This document shows, one piece after another, positions 8,709 through 16,773 of a stretch of DNA of 32,000 bases. The stretch lies in the NCBI RefSeq assembly GCF_000009705.1, contig NC_003272.1, positions 1,500,001-1,532,000 of the forward strand. Reading direction: 5' to 3'. Within the stretch, counting starts at the first letter, position 1, and each line of letters opens with the position of its first letter. The notes below the pieces were generated by a model, which was given only the letters and a program-made list of their open reading frames with translations, searched no databases and was not told where the DNA came from. The DNA is from Nostoc sp. PCC 7120 = FACHB-418. Lineage in GTDB: Bacteria; Cyanobacteriota; Cyanobacteriia; Cyanobacteriales; Nostocaceae. A program made the translations under genes and the position numbers.

Positions 8709-9659
8709 ATGCGCGAACTTTACCCACCCATCGAACCTTATAAAGAAGGTAAGTTACAAGTTTCCCAATTACACACCATTCATTTTGAAGAATCAGGAAA
8801 CCCCCAAGGTAAACCCATAGTTTTACTGCATGGTGGCCCTGGTGGTGGTTGTCCGCCAGTTTATCGGCAATATTTTCATCCTGAAAAATGGCGGTTGGTA
8901 ATGTTTGACCAACGTGGCTGCGGTAAAAGTCAACCCCATGCAGAATTAAGAGAAAATACAACTTGGGATTTGGTTAATGATATTGAGAAACTACGAGAGC
9001 ATTTAGGAATAGAAAAGTGGGTGGTTTTTGGTGGGAGTTGGGGCAGTACTTTATCATTAGCTTATAGTCAAACTCACCCTGAGCGTTGTTTAGGCTTAAT
9101 TTTACGCGGGATATTTTTACTCAGACAAAAAGAGTTGCGTTGGTTTTATCAAGAAGGTGCTAGTTATATTTTTCCTGATGCTTGGGAGGAATATTTGCAA
9201 CCGATTCCTGTAAATGAAAGAGACGATTTACTCACAGCTTATTACCAACGTTTAACTAGTCCAGATTCACAAGTTAGACGAGAAGCGGCTCGTGCTTGGT
9301 CAATTTGGGAAGCTAGTACTAGTAGATTATTTCCTGATACCCAGCTAAAGCAAACTTTTGGAGCAGATAATTTTGCTGATGCTTTTGCGCGAATTGAATG
9401 TCATTACTTTATGAATAAAGGATTTTTCAATTCTGAGGATCAATTACTATTAAATGTTCATCGTATCCGCCAGATTCCATCGGTGATTGTCCAGGGACGT
9501 TATGATGTGGTTTGTCCAATGACATCAGCTTGGGAATTACACCGGGCTTGGCCGGAAGCAGAGTTTATTGTAGTTCCTGATGCTGGTCATTCGATGAGTG
9601 AAGTGGGGATTCGTAGTGCTTTGATTGAGGCGACGGATAGGTTTGCTGATGGAGGCTAG
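8709..9659 (+). CDS. pip: Prolyl aminopeptidase (proline iminopeptidase), alpha/beta hydrolase
   Basis: N-terminus MRELYPPIEPY...LLHGGPGGG, nucleophile elbow GGSWGSTL and C-terminal DAGHS are all typical of Pip. Confidence 0.92.
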   Translation: MRELYPPIEPYKEGKLQVSQLHTIHFEESGNPQGKPIVLLHGGPGGGCPPVYRQYFHPEKWRLVMFDQRGCGKSQPHAELRENTTWDLVNDIEKLREHLGIEKWVVFGGSWGSTLSLAYSQTHPERCLGLILRGIFLLRQKELRWFYQEGASYIFPDAWEEYLQPIPVNERDDLLTAYYQRLTSPDSQVRREAARAWSIWEASTSRLFPDTQLKQTFGADNFADAFARIECHYFMNKGFFNSEDQLLLNVHRIRQIPSVIVQGRYDVVCPMTSAWELHRAWPEAEFIVVPDAGHSMSEVGIRSALIEATDRFADGG

Positions 9660-9667
9660 AGATTATC

Positions 9668-9715
9668 CTTTTTAACGCGGAGTAACGCTAAGGTTAGCGC
9701 AGAGGTACGCTGAGG
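9668..9715. repeat. Dispersed short repeat (MITE-like), short form
   Basis: ctttttaacgcggagtaacgc...ggttagcgcagaggtacgctgagg. Its termini match the reverse complement of 24033-24103. Confidence 0.5.
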
Positions 9716-9753
9716 ATTTTTCTTGTATATTCTGAGGTATTAAACTGACACAA

Positions 9754-10494
9754 ATGAAATTTATTGGGATTGATTTAGGTTGGAAGTCTCAACCGAGTGG
9801 TTTATGTTGTCTGCAATTAATTGAGGGTAAATTAGAGATAGTTGATTTAGATCGTCAAGATGCGATCGCTCATATTTTCACCTGGATAGATACCTGGGTG
9901 CAACCAAATGAACCAGCAATCATCGGCGTAGATGCACCCACCCTTATACCTAACTTGACGGGAAGTCGTCTCCCTGACAAACTCACCCATAAATATTTTG
10001 GTAAATATCACGCTGGTTGTTACCCAGCCAACCAAGGTCTAGCTTTTGCAGAACGAACTATAAATTTTGGTTTAGAATTGGAGTCTCGTGGTTTTGCCCA
10101 TGCGCCGACAATAGAAGCGCAAAAATTAGGCAGATATCAAATAGAAGTCTTTCCTCATCCCGCAATAGTTCAGCTATTCAGTTTAGATCGTATTCTTAAA
10201 TATAAAAAAGGGCGCATCAGTGAGCGCCGCTTAGAATTAATCAAACTTTATCAATATATTGTGGATATCCTACCCACAATGGAACCTACTTTGTGTGTAA
10301 AAAAGTTATCCCTTGGTGAAATTCCCTACACAGGTGCAGAACTGAAAGCCGCCGAAGACAAACTAGATAGCTTAATTTGTGCTTACGTAGCTGCTTATTG
10401 GTGGTATTGGGGAGAACAACGTAACCTAGTATTAGGCGATCGCACTACTGGTTACATTGTCATCCCTAAGTCAGTGCTGAGTCTTGAATTGTGA
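9754..10494 (+). CDS. DUF429 domain protein (predicted RNase H-like nuclease fold)
   Basis: 246 aa, ATG start. N-terminus MKFIGIDLGWKS...IIGVDAP is typical of DUF429. Assigned from memory of the family pattern. Confidence 0.7.
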   Translation: MKFIGIDLGWKSQPSGLCCLQLIEGKLEIVDLDRQDAIAHIFTWIDTWVQPNEPAIIGVDAPTLIPNLTGSRLPDKLTHKYFGKYHAGCYPANQGLAFAERTINFGLELESRGFAHAPTIEAQKLGRYQIEVFPHPAIVQLFSLDRILKYKKGRISERRLELIKLYQYIVDILPTMEPTLCVKKLSLGEIPYTGAELKAAEDKLDSLICAYVAAYWWYWGEQRNLVLGDRTTGYIVIPKSVLSLEL

Positions 10495-10513
10495 TTCCCA
10501 GCACTGTTTTGTT

Positions 10514-13078
10514 TTAGTCAGCCCAAGCAATCAACCTGGGTTCATAAGGACTAGACAGGTGTGGGTGTTTTGGCAATACACGCAAGGATAAACCTTGTAA
10601 ACCAGAGGTGGTGTAAAGGATGTTAGCTGTATAAACACTCAAGCCATTAGTGTCTTGTCCTTGATAATCCATGACTACGGGTATAGCACTGACGATATCG
10701 CCGTTAGCATCAATGGAACCTTGATATAGTTCAACTTGGACATCATCATTGTTTAATGTTGTCAAGTCTACTTTGGCTTTGACAGCAACGGTTTGATTAA
10801 CTTCAATATCTGCACCTGCGGATACATCGATATCTTTGATTTTGATATTAAACCAATGGTCAGTAAGTTTAGCTTTCCAATCTGCTAATTCCTTAGCTGG
10901 GGCATAATTATCAGATGTTAAAGTGTGATAGCGATCGCTTGCTGGGAAGTAAGCTCGTTGTGCATATTCCCTGACCATCCGCGCTGTATTAAAGAAGGGA
11001 CAGTTTAACCGGATAGCGTCTTTCATTTTGGCAACCCAGGGACGGGGTAAACCATCGACATCACGGTGGTCGTAAAATAAGGGTACGACTTCTTTTTCCA
11101 GTAAATCATAGAGAGCATTGGCTTCTACTTCGTCCTGGTAGTTGGGATCATCGTAATTTTCCCCATGTCCAATCGCCCAGCCTGTGCGGACGTAATCGGC
11201 TTCATCCCACCAACCATCTAATACACTCAGGTTCGGTAAGCCATTCATGGCGGCTTTCATCCCGCTAGTACCAGATGCTTCTCTGGGACGGCGGGGTGTG
11301 TTTAACCAAATATCGCAACCAGCAACCATCAACCGGGAAATATGAATGTCGTAGTTGGGAACAAACACTATTTGTTTTTCTAAGTGTTGTTCGCGGATAA
11401 AGTGATTAATTTCGCGGATGAGTTCTTTCCCTGGAATGTCTTTAGGGTGGGCTTTACCAGCGATGACAAATTGTACCTTGCGGTCTTTGTTGCTGAGTAA
11501 AATACGTTTAATGCGTTCGACATCGCGCATCCACAGGGTAGCGCGTTTGTAGGTAGCAAAACGACGGGCAAAGCCTATAGTCAAAGCGTTGGGATCAAGA
11601 ACTTCCTGGGCTTGGAGAATTTCGGAAGCAGAAGCACCGCGATCGCGCAGGTGTTTAACTAAGTGGTCGCGCACATAGAGTATCATGTCCAGGCGACAAC
11701 GTTCGTGATTCCGCCACAACTCCTCATCAGGAATTGCATCCATCCGTTCCCACAATTGGTTATCTGGTGGCGCTGATGACCAATTTGGCCCCAAGTAGCG
11801 ATCGTATAATTCCTGGGTTGATTTGGCAACGCAACTACGGGCATGAACACCGTTGGTAATTGCCGCAATTGGTACTTCCTCAACAGGAACCTTTTTCCAC
11901 AAACCTTGGAACATTTGCCGGGAAACCACACCGTGTAACTGGGCTACACCGTTAGAAAATGTCGCCATCTTCAACGCCAAGACAGCCATACTGAACGGCC
12001 CAGATAAATCGCCTGTATTTTCTCGCCCTAACCCTAAAAATTGCTCTTTGGGTAAGCCAAAGATGTCTGCATAATAACCAAGGTAATACAGAATCTTGTC
12101 AGGAGAAAATAAGTCAATTCCTGCCGGTACTGGTGTATGGGTTGTAAAGATGTTACTCGAACTCACCACCTGTTTAGCTTCCGCATAACTCAACCCCTCT
12201 TCTTGAATTAACAAGCGGATACGTTCTAGGGCTGAGAAGGCGGCGTGGCCTTCATTCATGTGGTAAGCCGTGACTTTATAACCCAAAGCCTTCAACATCT
12301 GCACACCACCAATACCCAACATAATTTCTTGGTGGATACGCATATCGATATCACCACCATAGAGTTGGTCTGTGATGTCGTGGTCGTAGGGGTTATTCGG
12401 CTCAATATTCGTGTCCAGCATATACAGGGGAACTGTTCCCACCTGTACCCGCCAAACTCTGGCATACACCTTGCGTCCGGGGTAATCCACCGCAATCTGC
12501 AATTCTGAACCATCAGGATTGCGTTCTAGGTGCAAGGTCATGTTGTAGAAATCGTTAATCGGGTAACGTTCTTGTTGCCAACCATCAGCATTGAGATACT
12601 GAGCAAAATAACCTTGCTGGTACAGTAAACCCACACCAACCAAGGGTAGCCCTAAATCACTAGCTGATTTTAAGTGATCCCCTGCCAGAACGCCCAAACC
12701 ACCAGAATAAACAGGCAGACAATCTACCAGTCCAAATTCAGCCGAAAAATAGGCGTAACATTCTTTTGGCTGCTGACCGCGTTGTTTGTGATACCAACTA
12801 CGCTCTTGTAAGTAGTCATCTAATTGACGGTTAGCACGATCCAACTGTGCCAGGAAGCCTTCATCTTCCACAACTTCCAAAAGCCGCCCTTGACTGATTG
12901 TACCCAGCATTAGTACGGGATTGTGGTGACTAGATTCCCACAAGTCTGGGTCTAAGCGACGAAATAAATCTTTAGTCTCAACGTTCCAATCCCAGTGTAA
13001 ATTATACGCCAGTCGCCGCAACGGCTCAAGTCGCGGCGGCAAGGAAGGAGAAACATTGAATGTGCGAATCGGCTGCAT
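10514..13078 (-). CDS. glgP: Alpha-glucan family phosphorylase (glycogen/maltodextrin phosphorylase, GT35)
   Basis: 854 aa, ATG start. Pyridoxal-phosphate lysine context EASGTSGMKAAMNG. Also AYFSAEFG and GGLGVLAGDHLKSASDLG, typical of the alpha-glucan phosphorylase family. Confidence 0.92.
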   Translation of the reverse strand: MQPIRTFNVSPSLPPRLEPLRRLAYNLHWDWNVETKDLFRRLDPDLWESSHHNPVLMLGTISQGRLLEVVEDEGFLAQLDRANRQLDDYLQERSWYHKQRGQQPKECYAYFSAEFGLVDCLPVYSGGLGVLAGDHLKSASDLGLPLVGVGLLYQQGYFAQYLNADGWQQERYPINDFYNMTLHLERNPDGSELQIAVDYPGRKVYARVWRVQVGTVPLYMLDTNIEPNNPYDHDITDQLYGGDIDMRIHQEIMLGIGGVQMLKALGYKVTAYHMNEGHAAFSALERIRLLIQEEGLSYAEAKQVVSSSNIFTTHTPVPAGIDLFSPDKILYYLGYYADIFGLPKEQFLGLGRENTGDLSGPFSMAVLALKMATFSNGVAQLHGVVSRQMFQGLWKKVPVEEVPIAAITNGVHARSCVAKSTQELYDRYLGPNWSSAPPDNQLWERMDAIPDEELWRNHERCRLDMILYVRDHLVKHLRDRGASASEILQAQEVLDPNALTIGFARRFATYKRATLWMRDVERIKRILLSNKDRKVQFVIAGKAHPKDIPGKELIREINHFIREQHLEKQIVFVPNYDIHISRLMVAGCDIWLNTPRRPREASGTSGMKAAMNGLPNLSVLDGWWDEADYVRTGWAIGHGENYDDPNYQDEVEANALYDLLEKEVVPLFYDHRDVDGLPRPWVAKMKDAIRLNCPFFNTARMVREYAQRAYFPASDRYHTLTSDNYAPAKELADWKAKLTDHWFNIKIKDIDVSAGADIEVNQTVAVKAKVDLTTLNNDDVQVELYQGSIDANGDIVSAIPVVMDYQGQDTNGLSVYTANILYTTSGLQGLSLRVLPKHPHLSSPYEPRLIAWAD

Positions 13079-13308
13079 AGGTTAGCAAAGCTCCTAGTTT
13101 AGCTATGGATATTGTTCACTGTCTTTCCCCAATGTTGCCAATTCTTTATACTATGTTTGTAAAATTGCCATGACTTTGTTAAGGAATGGAAATCTTTGCG
13201 CCCATACCTGTTAAACTCCGTGCCATCAGTCTTTTTATTACGTTACTGGTTGGCAAAACCTGCATCTTAGGTGTGAAAATCTCAAGATTCTCTTAACGAT
13301 TATTTTAG

Positions 13309-13339
13309 ATCCCCGACTTCTTGGAGAAGTCGGGGATCT
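13309..13339. repeat. Perfect 14-bp palindromic hairpin (gatccccgacttct-tgg-agaagtcggggatc); possible terminator for the gene at 13354-13677
   Basis: Read directly. It lies 15 nt beyond that gene's stop. There is no clean U-tract on either strand, so it may simply be a dispersed palindromic repeat. Confidence 0.45.
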
Positions 13340-13353
13340 TGCAGGATAATTTT

Positions 13354-13677
13354 TCATGTACCGAGGGAAGGCTGATCTGGTGAGTTTTTGGGCATTGTCA
13401 GCGCGACTGCGGCGGCAAATGTCATCTCGGCGGCTATTTGATAAGCAAGTTTAATGTTAGACTTCTTGTCTCTGCTGTTATTAGTTGTGTAGGATTTATA
13501 GTTGAGTGATTCTTGCTTGACCCTGCCAGAGGCGATCGCCCGTTGTAAGATAATCAACGCATCTACATCTTCTGAATCAAAGTTTGTTTTTAGCAGCACT
13601 TGAATTTGGTTTTGATCAGCAATACTCAAATAACCAGTATTTAAAGCTTGTTGGGCGATGTCCTGAATTAAAACCAT
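13354..13677 (-). CDS. Hypothetical protein
   Basis: The ORF-track start at 13689 is TTG. The first ATG gives MVLIQDIAQQALNTGYL... No family recognised. Confidence 0.5.
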   Translation of the reverse strand: MVLIQDIAQQALNTGYLSIADQNQIQVLLKTNFDSEDVDALIILQRAIASGRVKQESLNYKSYTTNNSRDKKSNIKLAYQIAAEMTFAAAVALTMPKNSPDQPSLGT

Positions 13678-13704
13678 AATCCGTGCCAACCATGTAAGTT
13701 TATA

Positions 13705-13718
13705 GTAATACCTGATAC
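13705..13718. promoter_or_regulatory. NtcA-type palindromic box GTA-N8-TAC
   Basis: GTAATACCTGATAC matches the NtcA consensus exactly. This 6-base-specified motif is expected about once per 4 kb by chance, so on its own it is weak evidence. Confidence 0.25.
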
Positions 13719-13808
13719 TGCGAATTTTTGGGCGATCGTAGAACCTTGAACGAAGGGAAGTATATCAGGATTGTTTCCAAAATCTACAACAACTGACAGC
13801 CAAAACAC

Positions 13809-13839
13809 ATCCCCCAATTGGCTCACCTGATTGGGGGAT
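13809..13839 (+). terminator. Orphan intrinsic-terminator-like hairpin
   Basis: atcccccaat-(11 nt)-attgggggat is a perfect 10-bp stem, followed on the plus strand by ttgtacatttttggctattttt and preceded by an A-rich run. No annotated gene ends here. Confidence 0.4.
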
Positions 13840-14247
13840 TTGTACATTTTTGGCTATTTTTACTATTGACAATTAAAAAAGTATTGTATGTTGCATCTGC
13901 AAATGATTTATCCAAAATTGTCTCTCAAGCTGACTGCATTTAAGTCCAATATCTATAACCAATATTTAATTTCATTTTTGAAAAAAATTAAGTACAGCCC
14001 CATAAGGCTTCTTCACTAATCCCTATCTACACCAGTACGTATGTCTATGCCACAGCAAATATAAATCAAAGCTGACTTGTCTATCCAGCGATCGCTTTTC
14101 CTGGTGGTTTGAGTAAAATACAGGGAAATGCAACATACATCATCCTGAAAATATTTTTGCAACAAAAATATTCAAAATTAATCAGTAAAATTCGCTACCA
14201 CAATCTCACATATTGCTTTTTATGTCTAAATTTATTTAGATTAGAAC

Positions 14248-14463
14248 TTACGCAAACAGGTTATCTGTTGAGTCCGGGTGTAAGGGTTTCAAGCATTTAT
14301 ACCCTTGTATCCCTATCCCATACACCCTTATCCAAAGCCTTGATATTTCTTTTTCATGGGTAAGTCTTATAAATTTAAGATTTGCTTGTAAATCAAATCT
14401 TGATTGACTTTCTTCCGGATATTTTTCATAGTATTCTCCACACAATATACTAACTAATGCCAT
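14248..14463 (-). CDS. Possible small hypothetical protein (71 aa)
   Basis: ATG preceded by GAGG 5 nt upstream (gaggttctaATG). No similarity recognised, and it sits in an otherwise ORF-poor AT-rich tract. Confidence 0.2.
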   Translation of the reverse strand: MALVSILCGEYYEKYPEESQSRFDLQANLKFIRLTHEKEISRLWIRVYGIGIQGYKCLKPLHPDSTDNLFA

Positions 14464-15445
14464 TAGAACCTCAAATATAAATATGTAGCTATACTTACAT
14501 AAAACCCACTTTTGTTATTAACAACACATCAAATTTATTACATATCAACAATATTGAAGAAACTATTTCTTGCGGTTGATCCACAAACAATAAAATGTGT
14601 TATACTGGTGAGCAATTATTGTTAAAAACCATTCATGTGATCATAAGCGTGATTAGGTTAGTTCATAAATCATCAGTGTGCAACATGATGAGAGCAGCAT
14701 ACTCTAAAAATTCGTTGCCGGAGAGTCGCCATAGCAATCGGGGAAGCGCTTACTTGTTTGCACCGATGGTGAATTTTAATGTGATGGCTGAAGTTGGAGA
14801 TACTCCACCGTAAATTGGTGAGATTCCATTAAAATACCAAGTATTATTCAACACAAATTACATTTTCATATATAGACAAATTTCCTCAAAAATTTTATTT
14901 AGTCTGGGAAAAATGTATTTGAGTTGACAAAAGCTTGTTCAATTGGGTTGTGAAAAATAATTCGCTGCATATAGGGCGGATGTCAGACTAAAAATAACTA
15001 TATCCATCTGTTGCTATTGTCTAACATTAGTGAAATTAGTCTGTCTCAAGCTAGACCAACTCACAATTTAATACTCTGAGTTGTAACACTGTAATTACCT
15101 GAGCATTAGCTTTTATATTGCCGGAGATAAAAATAGCAACAATCTTGGGAAAATTGATCGATAAATGCCACCAAGATATGTTGTTGCTGGCAACGCAGCT
15201 AATCAAATTGAGTGGAGAAAAACAGCATATTAATTCTGTTATCTCTGGGAAAAATTACAAACGTTATAAACCTGGATTTCAACTCAAAAATACTTTGAGT
15301 TATATCCAGCATAGTGGGTATTCATGTATCAATACTCACTAAATTAATACTGGATAAATATCAGGATAATTGGCACTACAGAACCAAAGATACATATCCA
15401 ACACATCAGCCACATCGTTCACAATATTTATCGGATAACTTAATC

Positions 15446-16141
15446 ATGAATCATCAGAGATATTCTGCCAAATTACAGCGATTTCAAGAACTTCTGGCAA
15501 TCACTGTTTTCGGGAATATCCCCACACTACTGTTAGGCCCAAAATTAAGGAATCTCGTATATCGAATGATTTTTGCTCACATAGGCAGCCCCGTATATAT
15601 TCAACATGGAGTAGAATTTACCAACGCTTCTAATATTGAAATCGGCAATAGTGTACATCTCTTCAACGGTGTCCGTCTTGATGCCAAAGGGCATCCAAAT
15701 AATAAAATTGCTTTGGCAGATGGAGTGGCAATTGAGCGCAACGTTGATATAGGGTGTCTGGAAAATACGTGTATTCACATTGACGTGGAAACTTTCATTG
15801 CTTCTGATGTTTGTATTTCTGGGCCAGGAGACATCACAATTGGTAAGCGTTGCATGATTGCTGCTCATTCAGGTATATATGCCAACAATCACAACTTTAC
15901 AGATCCGATATTGCCGATTAAATACCAAGGTGTTACTCGTAAAGGAATTGTGATTGAGGATGATTGTTGGCTAGGACATGGAGTAACGGTATTAGATGGT
16001 GTGACTATTGGTAAAGGAAGTGTTATTGGCGCAGGGGCAGTTGTCACCAAAGATATTCCCCCATTCTCCGTAGCTGTAGGCGCACCTGCACGAGTAATTA
16101 AAAGCCGCATTGCCCAGGATTTAGTTGCATCTGGAGATTAG
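15446..16141 (+). CDS. Hexapeptide-repeat (left-handed beta-helix) O-acetyltransferase, WcaF/maltose-acetyltransferase-like
   Basis: C-terminus IEDDCWLGHGVTVLDGVTIGKGSVIGAGAVVTKDIPPFSVAVGAPARVIKSR is a classic LbH acyltransferase signature. I prefer the ATG at 15446 (MNHQRYS...) to the GTG at 15314. Confidence 0.8.
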   Translation: MNHQRYSAKLQRFQELLAITVFGNIPTLLLGPKLRNLVYRMIFAHIGSPVYIQHGVEFTNASNIEIGNSVHLFNGVRLDAKGHPNNKIALADGVAIERNVDIGCLENTCIHIDVETFIASDVCISGPGDITIGKRCMIAAHSGIYANNHNFTDPILPIKYQGVTRKGIVIEDDCWLGHGVTVLDGVTIGKGSVIGAGAVVTKDIPPFSVAVGAPARVIKSRIAQDLVASGD

Positions 16142-16478
16142 GAAGTTGGAAGAAGCGGGTGGGGAGTGGGGGAAGAAGCAATTACCCATCACCAATTAAC
16201 GAAATTGATATAATTCCTAGCTTTTACCAATTTATCTTCAAGATAGGAAACCTCTGGCTGAAGAAAACGTCACAAGATGAACTAGTTAACAACTAAATCC
16301 TATTCAGGGTCATCCACTCGGTCAGAAAAAACTGAGCATTACCTAAGGAAACTGAACATGGTCTTAACGACCACTGCGGCACTCTCAAAAAGTAACGAGA
16401 TGCGGGTAATATAAAGAAACTACCTTTTCTGCATGGCAGATACTGAGGACGAAGCTCTACCTTTTGGAGATATCGCAG

Positions 16479-16595
16479 ATGCTCACTTTAAAAATCGCTG
16501 TTTATATTGTTGTTGCTTTCTTTGTGGCTATCTTTGTCTTCGGATTTTTGTCTAATGACCCAGCTCGTAACCCCGGTCGTCGGGATTTAGAGTAA
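16479..16595 (+). CDS. psbI: Photosystem II reaction-centre protein I
   Basis: 38 aa, [38 protein letters not shown], closely matching cyanobacterial PsbI as I remember it ([12 protein letters not shown]...GFLS-DP-RNPGR). GGAG lies 9 nt upstream of the ATG. It is not in the ORF track because it is too short. Confidence 0.9.
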   Translation: MLTLKIAVYIVVAFFVAIFVFGFLSNDPARNPGRRDLE

Positions 16596-16651
16596 AAGCG
16601 AGACAATTGATCCGTGAGCGCCGGAAGTTAGAAAACACCAGACTGAAAAAA

Positions 16652-16690
16652 ACACTACCTGCCAAAGATTTTTCCTTTGCAGTGTAGTGT
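16652..16690 (+). terminator. Stem-loop downstream of psbI
   Basis: acactac-ctgc-caaag / ctttg-gcag-(t)-gtagtgt, about 16 bp with one bulge, 57 nt after the psbI stop. It has no U-tail, so the terminator role is uncertain. Confidence 0.4.
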
Positions 16691-16773
16691 CTCCCCTCAG
16701 GGAGTTTACTCAAGCACAGGTGAATTCATTCCGGCTATTAATTGGCTATTTGTTAGGTTGATTGTGTCCCAAT

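Noticed and set aside
7800-10199. Antisense or alternative-frame ORFs inside trpS (7800-8039), pip (8704-8961) and the DUF429 gene (9847-10035, 10017-10199)
   Set aside because: They are contained in well-supported genes and have shadow-frame composition.
11380-12513. ORFs overlapping glgP (11380-11571, 11683-11931, 11853-12074, 12245-12508, 12292-12513)
   Set aside because: These are shadow or alternative-frame ORFs within the phosphorylase gene, with no independent support.
14414-14419. TCCGGA hexamer (DIF1-like heterocyst promoter motif)
   Set aside because: It is a single palindromic hexamer with no convincing -10 box at the right distance on either strand. That is expected by chance.
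14700-14830. Riboswitch-like look (GGAGAG ... CACCGATGGTGAA ... GGAGA..CACCGTAA; also GGGAA / GGTGAA elements reminiscent of glycine or cobalamin aptamers)
   Set aside because: Only fragments of either consensus are present and the required helices (P1, P3, B12 box) could not be built by eye. The nearest downstream gene is 600 nt away and is not a typical regulon member. Only an Infernal/Rfam scan could revive this idea.
14109-15342. ORFs 14109-14363 (+), 14595-14813 (+) and 15118-15342 (+, TTG start) in the gene-poor tract
   Set aside because: No ribosome-binding sites, odd composition, no recognisable family, and mutual or antisense overlaps. I kept only 14248-14463 (-), at very low confidence, because it has a GAGG site.
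15314-15445. N-terminal extension of the acetyltransferase from the GTG at 15314
   Set aside because: The extra 44 aa (MGIHVSILTKLILDKYQDNWHYRTKDTYPTHQPH...) do not resemble LbH acyltransferase N-termini. The ATG at 15446 gives a typical protein of about 230 aa.
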